A stretch of DNA of 64,000 bases. Origin: Podarcis filfolensis. Its lineage: Eukaryota. Position numbers and translations under genes: made by a program. The DNA lies in the NCBI GenBank assembly GCA_964270895.1, contig OZ185448.1; one strand, written 5' to 3'. How positions within the stretch are numbered: the first letter of the stretch is position 1; every line of letters begins with the position of its first letter. Below the pieces are notes generated by a model. It saw nothing but the letters and a program-made list of their open reading frames with translations, had not been told where the DNA came from and made no database searches. This document shows positions 22,260 through 35,832 of the stretch, piece by piece.

Positions 22260-23270
22260 GCTTAGATTTTAGCAAAGTGTTTGCTGATAACTATTATTTA
22301 AACAGGAAAAAAGATACTGGTGAAAAGACAGAAAAGCTGCAGAGTCTGTGAATACAGGAAAGCATGCCACTGGCTGAGAGCAGAATCGGGCACCCGGAGC
22401 ACATCAGCTGCATTTGTCAAAAGAAAGGAGGTGCCTTCCAACCCGTCTGGCTAGTGTGCGGCCAAAGACCCAAGGAAGTGAATTGCTTGGCTGGATGGGA
22501 AAGAAGTAGCTAGCCAAGTTTTTCAGGGATCAGTCTAGGAGCCTGTTTTAGTCAGTATTTTTCCTTTGAAGAAAAGGGGGAGGAGTGTCCCTCTGATATT
22601 TGCATGTACCTAGCAAAGAAGTGTAGTTAATACAGACAAGGCATTGTTCCTTAGGGAATGTTACAGAGCAAAATGGGTGATCTTCTGAATTACCAAGTGA
22701 CATTCAGCCATGTATAGCATCAGGTTATGTGTTTGTGGGCAAACAGTGACTGTTTTTACTACTGCTTGCAAAATAGCAAAGGAGGGAAGTGTGCTTGAGT
22801 ACTAGTTCATCACAAAACATCTGGGAGCTGCTCAGACATGACAAGGCAAAGTTTTGGATATATCAAGTGAGGCATTTCTAGTTAAGTTAATGAAATATTG
22901 GCTCCCTTCTACGAGCTATTGATGAAGCAGTAGTTCCCCACCCTATCCCTTTCAGAAAGGGTGAGTTGAAATTGGAGCAAATGGAGAGAAGATCAGTTAA
23001 TGATCAGAGGAATCGAGAATTTCTCTTCAGAGTCTAAGGAGGTGATAGAGCAACATTCACATCTTTCTCTCAAGTAGGATAAGGCACTCAGTGGCTACCA
23101 GTCATGATGGTTGTGGACCACATTTTTGGAGACCGTTTCTGGATCATCACTGGGGAGACTGCCGTTGTGTTTATGTGGAATTCCCATAATGTGCATGTGA
23201 TTTGCCACTGTGAGAACAGGACGGGCCTTTGGCCCTTCTTACATTCTTAGAAAGGCAAGCAGATAGAGGC
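22260..23270 (+). mobile_element. Highly degenerate CR1 LINE 3' remnant
   Basis: Decayed RT motifs TTAGATTTTAGCAAAG (LDFSK) and CAGGGATCAGTCT (QGSV), and a terminal CTTCTTACATTCTTA tail. The boundaries are approximate. Confidence 0.55.
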
Positions 23271-23756
23271 AGTATATCTGTGTTTGGTAATGGAAAAGGA
23301 AGAGGCAGAGGTTCAGCTGGCCCTCTTGCAGTCTGCCCTTCTTCCCTAGTTAAATTTTGCTCATGTTCAGCATATGGTAGGTGGCCATATTTAGAAAAAA
23401 AATCTCTTTGAGTTAGATCAGAGATGGACCTGGAGACTCTTAGGCCACTTGCCTTCCTTCCAGCTATGGGGAGTGTCTTCAATGTGGGCACGTTTGTGCA
23501 GTGCCCCTGCATTGTCCACATGGCTTGGATTGGGTCAGGTGAATATGGACAAGAAGTTAAGGTTGGATTAAATCACCTTTGCTCCCCACTCTGTGATCCC
23601 TCGAATGCCATGAACTGGCTCTTTCTAGATTCTGTTTGCAGTGGTGAAGTTTGAAATGTATTTGAACAGAGATCCCCGTTTAGAGTCAAGTTGGCTAATC
23701 CTTTCAGGTGCCACATTTGTACTGTTCTTTGTTTTTTACTTTCAGCATCTGTCAAA

Positions 23757-26700
23757 ATGTCTGAAAACTCCAGTGACAGTGATTCATCTTGTGGCTGGAC
23801 GGTCATCAATCATGAGGTACTCTATGGCGGTGTATTTTAAGTGGGGCTGGTGTTGATTTGCCCTTAGACATTTCAAGCTCATCCTACAAATTTCCTTCAA
23901 TAGCTGTTACTTTGGACTCAATGAAGGACGAGTCCCTTATGCATTTTTCTGCTGTTTTCAGCTAAGACACCAAGAAATGAGTTGATTTCTATAGGACACT
24001 TAGCTGAATCAAGCAAACCTCACAACAGAGCCCAGTAGCAGGGAAGAGCTCAAGAGCACTGATGAAGTTGTTCCCATTATCTTAGACAGGGCAAAGGAGA
24101 AGTCTAGATACTTCCATAACCTCAGGGCCACTGCAGCAAAATTAGATAAATGAGAGAGTCAGGATTTGAGTTTGATCTAAACTCGGATGTGCTTCAGCAG
24201 GTTATGCTATGCTGGCTTAAGGTTTCCTGATAACCTTGAAGTAATTTCTTGTGTGACTTAAAGCCCCCTGAAGATAGTCTGGGAGAGATGCATGTCCGAG
24301 ACCCTGGAAAAGTGCTGCTATTCAGAGTAGCCAAGCCATTGAGCTGGATGGACTGAGAGATGCAGTGTGCAACCCTTTGGGCTCACAGGAGCCTTTAGCC
24401 ACTTATTTTGTTTGTTAGCTATCACCAGGTGAGCACCTCTAGTTTCACTTGAGAGCTCCTCCTTTTCTTTTTCATTTAGGGCTCTGATGTTGAGGCTGTG
24501 GCATCTGAATATGAAGCTTTAAGTGGTCATGTGGAGCCAGCCTTGGATGAATCTCTCTCTCTCGCACAAGGTGATGAAGGGCAAGAGCAGCCCATCGACT
24601 TGCAAGGTAAGCCTTAGGCCACAACTATGCCACCTGCAACCCTGTGTGCAGTGACGACTCGACTGCTTCGGTCGTGAGCTTGGGAACACTTGCGGAACTT
24701 GAAGATGAATCTGATAACCAGGACATGTCAGTAAGGGCAAGTGAACATGTGGAGCTGCCTTATAGAGAGACAGCAGGCCTTTGTACAGCCCAGTATAATG
24801 ACTGGAAGGTTTCAAACAGGACACTTTCCCCAGCCCTACTTGGAGGTGCTGCCTGGGATTAAATCTGTAACCTGTGTGCAAAGCAGATGCTCAGTCATCA
24901 ACTAACAGCAAACATAGGAGCTGGGGCAAAATGACCTTGGATTGTGCCATTGTTAATACAGGTATATTCATGTCTTTCATCCAGGGAGCTCAAAGTGGCA
25001 TACCTGGTTCTCCCTCTCTGCACTTTATCCTCACAACAACTGTGAGGTAGGTTACGCTGGGAGTCTGTGACTGGCACAAGGTCACCCAGTAAGCTTCGTG
25101 GCTGCATGGGGATTTGAACCCTGGTTTTCCAGAGCCTAGTTTGGCACACAAACCAGTACACCACACTGTATCTCTTAACAAAAAGCTAGTTAAAGCTGAG
25201 GAGGGCATGTAGAAATACACTGGAGGGGCAAGCTGTTATAGAGAATGGGGATGCATTTGCCATAAGAAGGTGTGATGGCACAGAGAGCCAGTGCTGTGAG
25301 GAAGCAAGCAGACCGAGCCACTTCAACACTCTGATGGTCCTCTGCACTGTCACCAGGTGTGCTTTTTATTTCCTGCCTGCCTCCACTGATCAGCCCTTTC
25401 ACCTTTGGAATGTCTTTGCTGTCCCAGTGAACTCAATGTACAGTGGTACCTCGGGTTACAGACGCTTCAGGTTACAGACTCCGCTAACCCAGAAATAGTA
25501 CCTCGGGTTAAGAACTTTGCTTTAGGATGAGAAAAGAAATCGCACGGCGGCAGCGGGAGGCCCCATTACCTAAAGTGGTACCTCAGGTTAAGAACGGACC
25601 TCCAGAATGAATTAAGTTATTAACCCGAGGTACCACTGTATCTTCAAAACTCCTCAGCCATCCTCCTGCCCTTCGCTTGCCAACTTCACTTGCATACCAT
25701 GTTCTCATTTTCCACTCCCATCACTGCTATCTGGATGACTTAAAGGTTTGATGCGGGGAGTGGAGTTTTGCAAAGTTTCTTTTTCGCCCAATGTTCTCCA
25801 CCCCATTTCAGTTTCCTGGCCTGACCTTTTCTACCTTCTGGCAAGAATTGCCTCTAGGCATAAAGGAGCAGTTTTGCAACCAAGACAAACACAAGGCAGC
25901 CAAGAGTCTCCTTGTAACTGTTCGCAGCATAGGAGTGTGGAATAAACTCCCTGCCATTGTTCTGGAAGCAAACCCAGGGAAGGTTTTGTTTCTTTGTTTA
26001 AGGAAGAATTTGCAATGCTTACAGAATGGATACCTAATTTGTCTACAGGGTGTTGTCTTCCTTTCCTTTCTTTCCTTTCCCTTTCCCTTTCCTTTCTTCT
26101 CTTTCTCTCTCTCTCTCTCTGAGATAATTGTAGTACTTGCCTGTTTATCTTATATATGCTCAATTTTTATTTTTGTAGCTGAATTTGGCCAAGGTGATGT
26201 GTCATCCATGATAGTTCAAAGTCATTCTACCTCAGAGGCCACCAAGCCAGTTCTGGAGGTAAGATGTAGTTCTATGAAGCACACAAGCGTAATAAACAAT
26301 GGAGCCCCACCAACCCCTGTTGGCCGAACATGATAGAGGGAAATATTCACCGTAGGGTTTGCTGCTAACTTGCAAGCCCAGCACCTGCTGCTGACTCTTT
26401 TGGGCTAGTTTGGTGGGAACGAGTCCCAAGCAAGAGCATGTAACCCCCAGGTAGTTTTTTAGAAAAATAGCTTCCTTATATTACATCATAATGATTTAGT
26501 AAAAGTTTGTTGCATTAGAGTTAGTTATTTATTGAACCCATATGCTGCTTTTCTAGAATAGTTTTTCTCAAAAGCAGTTTACAAAAAATATTTTGTCATA
26601 TTAAAGGAGGGGTGCAGAAGGGAAAATAACAACTAAACAGCTAACTCTGCATTTGTAATCTTTGCCGATCCTTTTCTGAGATATACCTTGAAATGTACAA

Positions 26701-29700
26701 GCAAACATGGGTTACTGTGTTTTTTGATGTGAAGAATTCCCCTGCACCCCCAAAAAAGCTGCAGTGGAGACGTTCCAAAACACTTGGAAGACAATATAGA
26801 TTCCACAGGTGAGAAAAACGCTTTATCCTGTGTGACACCTGTCATTTTACATTTCATCTAAGGATGAAAAAGAGAAAGTGACAGATGAAAGCTCCTGTGT
26901 GGGGGCAATTAGTGATGACTCTGACATTGTGACACTCGAGACACCCAAAGTAGAAGAAATTGGAAGCCCAGAAGAAGAAGAAGAAGCTGTGCCTGTTGAT
27001 GAGGCCGTTCCTGCCCCTGAAGATTTTAACATGGGCTCCTCTTCGAGCAGCCAGTACACCTTCTGCCAGCCAGAAACAGGTAGGTGACGTCTCTTGCACC
27101 TTGTAGGCCAGACTTGGCCAGAAAAAGAGGCAGCAGGTAGTGCCGTCCTCTGCAGGCTTCACGAATCTACTGACCACCTTTCCTGCTGCCAGTCAGGTTA
27201 AGGAAATAAGATTAGTTTCAGGAGCAGCCCGTGAATGTGTCAGCAGTGACTTGAGCAGTCTCACTTTCATTCCCCAAACCGTGGTATATGGCCTTTCTCT
27301 TAAAAGAAACTGATTTTGCACTATACTGATGGATCAAGTGATTAATTCTTGGTGCAGTCCATTTAATTCAGTTAACAGTATGGGAGATCATGATACCACT
27401 TGCAAGAGACAGATACCATGGGAGCCAGTCAAAGAAAGCTCATTCCTAGCTAAGCTTTCCCTCCAGCTTCCATTCATATGTGCTGGTGTTGTTTGTTCTT
27501 TTTTTAAAAAACAACAACCTGTTGGTTTGGTACCAGGAGTGTCTGCTGAAGTGGTTGATGGCCTTTAAAGCTGCAGCCCTATCTTTAAATACAACAATGA
27601 AGTCCTGGGGAAGAAAATCTCCTCTTTCCAAACCACACCTAAGCTACACAGGGAAAAAACGAAGCAGAAAAAATGCCCTGGCAGAGCCCTGCATGATTTC
27701 TGTTAGGGGAAAAAGATCTTTAAAAAATTGGAGGCTGTTTAGTTTCACCTTGGCCTGGATGTGAGGTTAGGCTCTTTTCAAGTGTTAATACTTTGCCTGT
27801 TCAGCCTTTTCTAAGCAAATTTGCTATCTGGCCTCTATCACCTCTTCAAGCCCCATGCCTTTTCTAATCACTGCAAATTTAGAAATGAAATGCTAGAATT
27901 GCCTGCCTGTTCATCAGATGCAGTTGGGTGATCTTATTCCCAAGGGATGTTGGGATTCCCAGGACGGAAGTCTCGTAAGGTAAGCCACCCTCCCCCAACA
28001 TGGTGCCCTTCAGGTGTTTGGGATGCTGCTACCGTCAGCCCCAGCACCATATGGGGCTGCTGGAATGCTAGATGTACTTCAAACATCTGTATGGCACCAA
28101 GTTGGGGAATGCTGCTGCAAGGAAAATTCTTTCACTCAGCAAGTGCGTTTTGCCTGTGTGACTGTCTCTTCTGAGACTTCCCCAGCAGCCATCTAAACAT
28201 TAACAGAATGTGCTTGGCAGTCTTAAAGTGTTCATAATTCTGTTTCCCAGGCTCCGGCCATGTGCCTCTATTTAAAATCTACCCAGAAGCAGTTTGTACA
28301 GGGGCATGTCAGAGACTGGACTGAGTGTGTGCACATTGCAGGGCCTTCAGAGTCAGGGTCTCAAAATCTTGAGTCTGGGAGAGTCTGGGCCTAGGGACCA
28401 CCCCCAGCTGCTGACAGGACAGCTGCTCTTGGGGCCAGGGGTTTCACATATACCAGAAAAGAAGACTTGGAAACCCTAATGTCTAATTTGCTTTTGGTGA
28501 TCAAAGTGTCATGCTTTCTATCTGCTCCCACCCTAGCCAAATTGCTTTGTGGTCCTGTGTTGCATTTTCCTTTTAGTCAGCGGTTAAAATCTCTTCTTTC
28601 TGTTATATATACATACAAAAGCCAGTTGGCTGGAGAAGCTCCGGAAGATCCCAGAGTGTATCAGTGGATGGGGTGAGCAGCTAAAGCAGCAAATGGCTGG
28701 CAAGGTCCCTTTCCAAGGTGGCCCAACTGCTTGTGCCTGGTGTGAGCTGTGGCTTGTGGTGTGGCATCTTGTCTGCTTGTGTGGTGGGGACAGCAGTTTC
28801 AGGAGCTAGCTCAAGTTGTTGCTTACTGATGGCAGGGTCAGGAAAAGCAAAGACAAACGTGGAGGGGGCAGGGAAAGGGAGGAAACAGTAGAGGGGGAAT
28901 CCATTTGGCTTATTTTGGGAAGCCCCCTGCATTTTGAATCTGGGAAGCTCTTCTCCAGGGACAACTGTAAGAACAAGCCTATACCTCCTAACTCAACTAA
29001 AATGTGTGCCATTAAATGCAATAATCTACCACAATATTTATAGATTAATCTAATGTGTCAGGTTGTTCCTCTTCTTTCTGGCTTGCTCTTGGCATTCTGC
29101 TTTGCATCACTGGCCTATTGGTGATGTGCTTGGATGTTGAGTGAACTGACTGCCTTAGAACTGGCAGGAATCTTAAACTTGTAAGTTACTAGGGAGAAAG
29201 CCCTTTGGGTTGTCAGCAGGGAGGAGGGCTATTTCTGGTCCTTCAGCCACAGTAACCCCCTTCCATTTGCTCCATGGCCACCTGAATGACCATCCTGTCA
29301 CTGGTTTCTCATAGTGGGTGCCCCCCCACATGATCTGAGGCCATGTGGCCTTGGCATGAGCCAATCTTTACCTTACAATCCTGTTTTGACAGATATTTTG
29401 CATTTGCATTGGAGCATATATGATGTTTTCAGTTGCAATATAGATGGAATGGATAAAAAGGCCATTTAGGCAGGCCCCCTACTCCTAAAAATGCACCCAC
29501 ACCCTTCCTCCCAGGACTCAGCCCACATGATCCAGCTGTTAATCTACTGATCACTGCAGCAAGGAACCTACAGTGCAGCAAAGTTCTTGGTTACTTGAGC
29601 ACAACAACTGAGCCCCACACTGCTGGCAAAGCAGAGTCCCGGGGTACATGGGGCAAGAAAATTCCTCCTGGTTCTGGGTTTCTGCTTTTTCAGAAACCCC

Positions 29701-32700
29701 AAAGCCAAGTTTTGTCAGAATTTTAAAGACCCCAACACCTTAAATTTTAAGAAATATAATGGTATTTTTATCTATATTTTCTTGCCCCTCTGAGGGAACA
29801 AGGATATCATTCTCTGTACACAACTGAGGGGAGAGGGTTTGCTCAGAACTAGCGGCTGTGGATGAGGACATGGCAGAAGGGGAAGCTCTCGTCCTGCCAC
29901 AAGGGACACACCTTAGCAGGCTCTAATCTTCTCCTAGGATGGAGAGAACAATACTCCATATGTCAGGCTAGGAGGCTGCACATTCCTTGCTGACAGCGTA
30001 AAGGATTGTGGGTTTGCTTTTCAGTCTTTCTGCCTCGTCCCAGTGGCGAAGAATCAAGCAGCGACGAAACCAGCAATCGTTCCAGCCCCACCCTGAGGCG
30101 ACGACGTGCGAAGAAGAAGTTGGTCTCAAGTTCTGAATCAGAGGATGTGCCACCTCTCGAACAGGAGACCGAACAGGCCAAAGAGCATTCGCACAAACAT
30201 CAGTTCAGTAGTGGCCTTAATAGGTGCATTATCCTGGCATTGGTGATTGCAGTCAGCATGGGCTTCGGGCATTTTTATGGTGAGTACATGAATCATCCTT
30301 CATTGAACTAATAAGAAATACGTTTTTAAACCAGTGGCATTTCCTCACAGGGTGCCGTAAAGACCAGATCCTTACTTGCCCTATCCCCTGCAGGCCAAAT
30401 TTGAGAGATGGGCAGCCCTGACATTGCAATGATCGTCAGGACTTCAAAGCAGTTAAGAGAGTTGTTGGTATATGGAACTTAGTTTGAGGACATTTACATT
30501 CACATCTTAACAAGCAAAAATCCCTACTTGGACTTGCAAGTGCCCAGGTTGTGCCTTCAGACCAGTCGCCTAACTTGCAGGGTCCTTGTGGGGAAATTCT
30601 CTTGCACATTGTCCTCAGCTGCTGGGTGGGAAAGTGGGATATAACAGAGACTGACAATACAGATGAAAAGAGATGTGATTCTTACAGCTGGAGTGTATGT
30701 GTGCATGTTTTCCCTGCCTCCCTGTCAGTCTGCAAGCTGAGGGAGAAGTCTCAGTTAACTGAGGCTCCTAGGCAGGATGGGTGACCCATTGATTTGACCC
30801 ATTCCACTGACACACTCTTGCTTTGTGTGTGTGTCAGTTTGAAATTTAGTTATAAAATCCAGTCACTGATCCCCTGCCTGTGTTTTGTGGTTTCTGCTGT
30901 TTATCCCAAACATAGTAACCAGTCATCTAAAATAGAGAAAGTCCTGTGCGCAAAATTCCTTTAGTTGACGACCCAGATTCCTGATGTTCTGTTCTAGTAA
31001 TACCATTTTTAATGGTGTGTAAAAAGAGACTAAAGATTCTTGACTGAGTTATAAAGCATTCAGTAGAACAACCTTAGAGCAAAACTTAACACCTATCCAT
31101 TATTTTGTCCTCAGGGAAATATGAAGGTAAGAGGCTTGGTTGGAATGTGTTGCTGTGAAACAGAGGCCAACGGCCTTTTCCCTCACCTTCTCACTCTGAC
31201 ATGCTTTTTGACTGTGGATGCTCTAGCACAGGGGTAGGCAACCTAAGGCCCATGGGCCGGATGTGGCCCAATCACCTTCTCTGGGTTATTTCTGGGGCAT
31301 AGGAATTCGCTCATTTCCCCCCTAAAATATAATCCAGCCCACCACATGGTCTGAGGGACAGTGGACTGGCCCATGGCTGAAAAAGGTTGCTGACCCCTGC
31401 TCTAGCAGATTAACCTTGTTTTCCACTAGGGGGCATCATTGCAGGCTTTTGGACTTGGGCTATTCAGTCCAGCTCCTACATTGGGAAACATTTTTTCATT
31501 ACTTTCTGGTTCTCTGGCGGTAGCATGCACATTTTGATGTCAACACTGGAATTCCTGGATGGGAGGTGTGTGTGTGCCGCTTGTATAGGAGAATCAGATT
31601 AGCCTTTTGCTTCTTGAGAAGCTAAATGTGCCCGCTGGGCCAGTAGTTTGTGCTCAGGCACTTAACAAAAAATTTCTACAGGCTTGTGTGGATTCCAAGC
31701 ATCCTGTTGCTGCTGTCACCCCTTGTACCTCTTCCATGATTCTTGAGACCAGTGTCCTTCCCCCTCCTGGGTGGACCTGCCCTTCATTGTTTGCAGTTGG
31801 TTTGTGCTCAGAGGGCAGGACTTTGAAGCAGCCTCCACCGCTCTCCTCCTTAGTCACTAACCCAGGTCTGGGGAGGATTTGTGGTCCTCTGGCTGATTCC
31901 AACCACTGGCCATGCTGGCTCTTGGTGTTCAGCAACATCTAGAGGGCACCAGCTTCCCTAGCCCTGCTCTCATGTCACTGAGTGAGCATTTGTGACATGA
32001 CATTGCACGATATAGATTTGCATGTAGCTGTTTTCATGTTATTTGTACTGATCGTAGTACTTCATACATTTCACCTTTTCAGAGAGGAATGTATGTTACA
32101 GGCTTTCTTTGTCCAAATTGATGCTGCTATTGTAATAGATGTTCTAAGGAGGCCTGACCTGGATTTGCCCCTCTGATTTTGCTGTTTTGCTAATACAGGG
32201 TAATGTGCAGCTGTGCACAGGGATACACTGGGGCTTTGTGAGCCCCATCAGTCTGTTCATTTAATGATGGATCAGTGTCTTTGCCACTGAGCTTAGCTTG
32301 CTTTCATCAGCATAGCGTTCATGCCTTATTTTGTTAATGCAAAAGTCTAGCATAGCTGTTGCAAACAATTAAAAAAGTGACCGTTTTAAACTACACTGTT
32401 CACTGATTAATGTACTTATGAAGGACTGAAGAGAAAAAAGCCATCATCACTGATAAGCTGCCTAATTTCCAATTTTTCTTGTCAGATAAAAGAGAAAATT
32501 TTCTGTTTCAAGGTACTGTTCAGATCCAAAAACGCCAGCAATTGGTTGAGAAAACTCATGAAGACGAACTGAATGGTATAAAGGATAATCTTATTCAGTG
32601 CCAACAAGAACAAGGCATGAAAGCAGAATGTAAGGTAAAGGTGGCTTTCCCATCATACTTGAAAGCGAGGATGATATTTTGCCTTTGGCTTCCAAACTCC

Positions 32701-35335
32701 ACCTCCATTGGGAAACTTTGCTGTCATTACTACCGCAAGTGTTGGAAGCTGTCTTCTAGATGAAGGCATGGCAAAATCCAGTCTTGGCATAGCAGGCAAT
32801 TTTGAACTGGTTCAGTGTCAACCACAGAGGGTAGGAGAAGATGCCATTGTATCTGCTTCTTGAAGCTTTTAGAGTGGTTCAGCAGATTATTCTGTAGCAA
32901 GGGCTGGGTAGTCCCAATTGCCACTGTCCTTGCCTTGAGCACTTTCTCCCCAGAAGCATATCAGCTTCCTCTGTGCTTGGCCCATGTAGGCTCCATGGCT
33001 CCCCTCCTCCTTCTGGGACTGCAGCCATGCACCTTGCTGTGGACAGCTGGCCCCTAAACACACCACTCCCAGGCAACGTTTGTGATGTTTTCTATCAAAA
33101 GTGGAGGAGACTCTGCAGGCTTTGTGGGGGAACGTACAACTCTGCACAGCCTGTTCCCCCTGCCCCTAGAGCAAGTGCCACAGAAGCTCCTTACTAGCCC
33201 TATTTATCCATCGATAGGTTGGCTCCTGCTTAGCTGTCCTTCTCCACCCTCCCAATGTCCTTGCAGCATTTGGACACTGGCACACAGCAGCTGATGTGTT
33301 TGCTTTCATTTTGTCTCTGATCAGTCTCTAAAGGAAGGCCTTGAAACATGCTTGCATACAACAGAAGTGGAAAAGAAATCCTTTGAATCTCAGAAGCATC
33401 ATCTTGCTTCAGAAAACCAGCACCTGAGAGAATCTCTAGAGAGGGAGGAAAAAGCTTTGGCATTGCTGCAAGAAGAACTGAGGAAGCTGAGAGAGCAGAT
33501 TCGGCACCTGGAGAACAAAGGTTCTGGCCCAGAGTTGGTTGCCACCGAGAATCAGAAGCTGAAAGCCCACCTGGAAGAGGAAAGGCACCGCATGCAGAGT
33601 TTTGTGAAGCAAAAGGAGACTCTGTTGGCAGAGGCCCAGATGCTGCGAAGGGAACTGGACAAAGAGCGCCAGCTGACGGTGGCTCTCAGGGAAGAACTGG
33701 ACAAGTTAAGTTCTCAGCAGACGTCTCCTGAGGGGGCAGGTGCTGGCGATGAGAGCCAAGAAATAGAAGCTTTGCGGGGTAGGCTGACTGAGCTGGAGCA
33801 GAAGCTGAGCTTCGAGCAGCAGCGTTCTGACTTGTGGGAAAAGCTGTATGTTGAAGTCAAGGACCACGCCGAGAAGAAACAGCAGACCGAGAGGCCACAG
33901 AAGCCAGATGGGAAAGGAACCAACAAAGCCAAAAAGAAGCCAAAAGGAACATTTTTTGGTTCTGTGAAAGAAACCTTTGACGCCATGAAAAATTCAACAA
34001 AGGAATTTGTAAGGCACCACAAAGAGAAAATTAAACAGGCCAAAGAAGCCGTGAAAGAGAACTTGAGGAAATTCTCCGATTCTGTGAAGTCCACCTTCAG
34101 GCACTTTAAGGACACAACAAAGAATATATTTGATGAGAAGGAGAAGAAAAAGTACAGTGACAGCAGGCATGAGGTGAACAGAAAAGGGAAAACAGGCAGC
34201 TCCCAGGAAGGGTTACACAAGCAGGCGGCCCACCGCTCACCTGGCAGCCAGAGAGAGTTTAGAGATGGAAGGCGATCCAAAGAGAGCCGCTCCCCTCCGC
34301 ACTTCTCCAAGGACCCTCCCTTCCAGGAATGCCCCAAAGGTAACAGAAAGCATCGCCCTCTTGTTCTCAAGGGATGTTCGGGCATCTTTGACTGTGCCCA
34401 CCAGGAGTTTTTAAACCTCTTCGACAAAGACTTGGACCCGATTCGAGCAGATGAATTTAACCAATTAATGCACAAATATTTGCAGCAAGAAGTAAAGAAC
34501 TTCCACCACTGGCGAGAACTGGAGATCTTTGTGAATAGGTTTTTCCGTAATGGCGTCTTTATACATGATCAGATGCTGTTCACGGACTTTGTTAATGACG
34601 TTAAGGATTACCTTGAAGACATAAAAGAATACCAGAGGAACAGGGATGGTGTATTTGAAGACCTGGATAAATATATCTACCGATACTACTTTCATTATGA
34701 TCACTTGCCTGAGCACGGACCAAGGTTAGTACTAAAATTCTGCTAATAATTTAAACTGGGCATGTTTGAGTTGTGAAAGAAGGAAAGCTGCTTCAGCTGG
34801 CTGGCCTAGCAGGTTATTTCCCTGTTTGTTTGAGCTTTGCAGTTGCTGCTGGGCAGACAAGGAAAGCCTCCCTAAAGAGGGGTGATTATGCCATCCTCAA
34901 ATAAGGGCACCAGTTCCATTGTATTTTAAGCACCACAGTACAGAATTTCTAATGTAGCAAAGTGGCAGCGTGTGTCAAAAGGAATGGAAGGAATTCCATT
35001 CCACCCACTTGCCGTATCCACTTTGCTTATTTTAAATAACAAAGTTGGTTGTAGCCTTTCGGGGGAGTTAAAACGTTTGGGGCATTGGGCTTAAGGCCTA
35101 ATACTGAGGTGCTCATGCAGCCCTAACTTCCCTTCTGTACTTTCCTTTCAGCCACCCTGCTAGGCGGGCTCCTTTCACGCACCCTCATAGTCCACAGCAG
35201 GACAGACATGCTGCAAAGCACCAGCATCGCTACAAAAGAGAAGGCCGGTGGCACAAGCAAGGGCGCAGCAACGGAAGACACATGGCAAATTTGGAGATAG
35301 AATTGGGCCAGATGCCCTTTGATCCAAAGTATTAA
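23757..35335 (+). CDS. CCPG1: Cell cycle progression protein 1, type II ER membrane ER-phagy receptor; 814 aa long isoform, or 760 aa if exon 8 reads through to the stop at 34746
   Basis: Coding exons: 23757-23816, 24480-24606, 26179-26258, 26863-27079, 30025-30279, 32513-32634, 33325-34724, 35152-35335. All introns are GT-AG and phase-consistent; 2445 nt in total. Matches to recalled human CCPG1: [17 protein letters not shown] (LIR), [10 protein letters not shown] (FIR), TM segment [19 protein letters not shown], and the C-terminus [17 protein letters not shown]. Confidence 0.97.
24960..25173 (-). mobile_element. tRNA-derived SINE (MIR/L2-tail type)
   Basis: Contains TTTATCCTCACAACAACTGTGAGGTAGG and the reversed B-box GGGATTTGAACC. 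It is the same family as the insert at 13197-13420. Confidence 0.7.
25441..25638 (+). mobile_element. Tc1/mariner-type MITE
   Basis: Perfect 18-bp TIR CAGTGGTACCTCGGGTTA with a TA TSD on both sides. Related copies lie at 47513-47738 and 59119-59343. Confidence 0.92.
31229..31399. mobile_element. hAT (Charlie-like) MITE
   Basis: Termini are CAGGGGTAGGCAACC and GGTTGCTGACCCCTG, with a perfect 8-bp TSD, CTCTAGCA. Confidence 0.9.
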
Positions 35336-35832
35336 ACAGCTGTTGTCCGATGGAACCCAGCGGGATGGTAAAAATAGTGGACGCGTGGCTGTTTCTGCAG
35401 CTGGCTGAATCAGCAGAGCAATCGAGGGCACGTTTCCCCTTTCCTAATGACACTCCTTCTCCCCTGCAAAGATCAGCCCAGCTTCTCCATCTTTCTCCTT
35501 TCCTTTCAGCCTCTCGGGAAACATTAATTTGGGTGCAGTCCTACTATTGCAATAAATTAAGCAGGGTAAGCAGTAGCTTGTGTGTGTTTGCAAAATAAGC
35601 TTCTTTGCACTGGTTGGTACTAGAATTCATACTTGATTCAGACTTAATGTTAGAGTAATATTATGATGTACTAATTTCATCTCATACTGTTCAGAAGCAT
35701 GTCTGTTTTACAACTGTCTATTTGTTCTCGTGATGGGGTTGGAACCTGTTGACTTCATGTGTGTGCTATTTTCCGATCAGCTTGCTGACTTGCATTTGAA
35801 ATTTCTTGTGCATCTGCAAATTGTAGAAGAAA

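Noticed and set aside
27080-30024. miR-628, which is intronic in human CCPG1
   Set aside because: I saw no match to the recalled mature sequence and no convincing pre-miRNA hairpin.
33714-34475. 253-aa minus-strand ORF
   Set aside because: It is the antisense shadow of the large CCPG1 exon 8.
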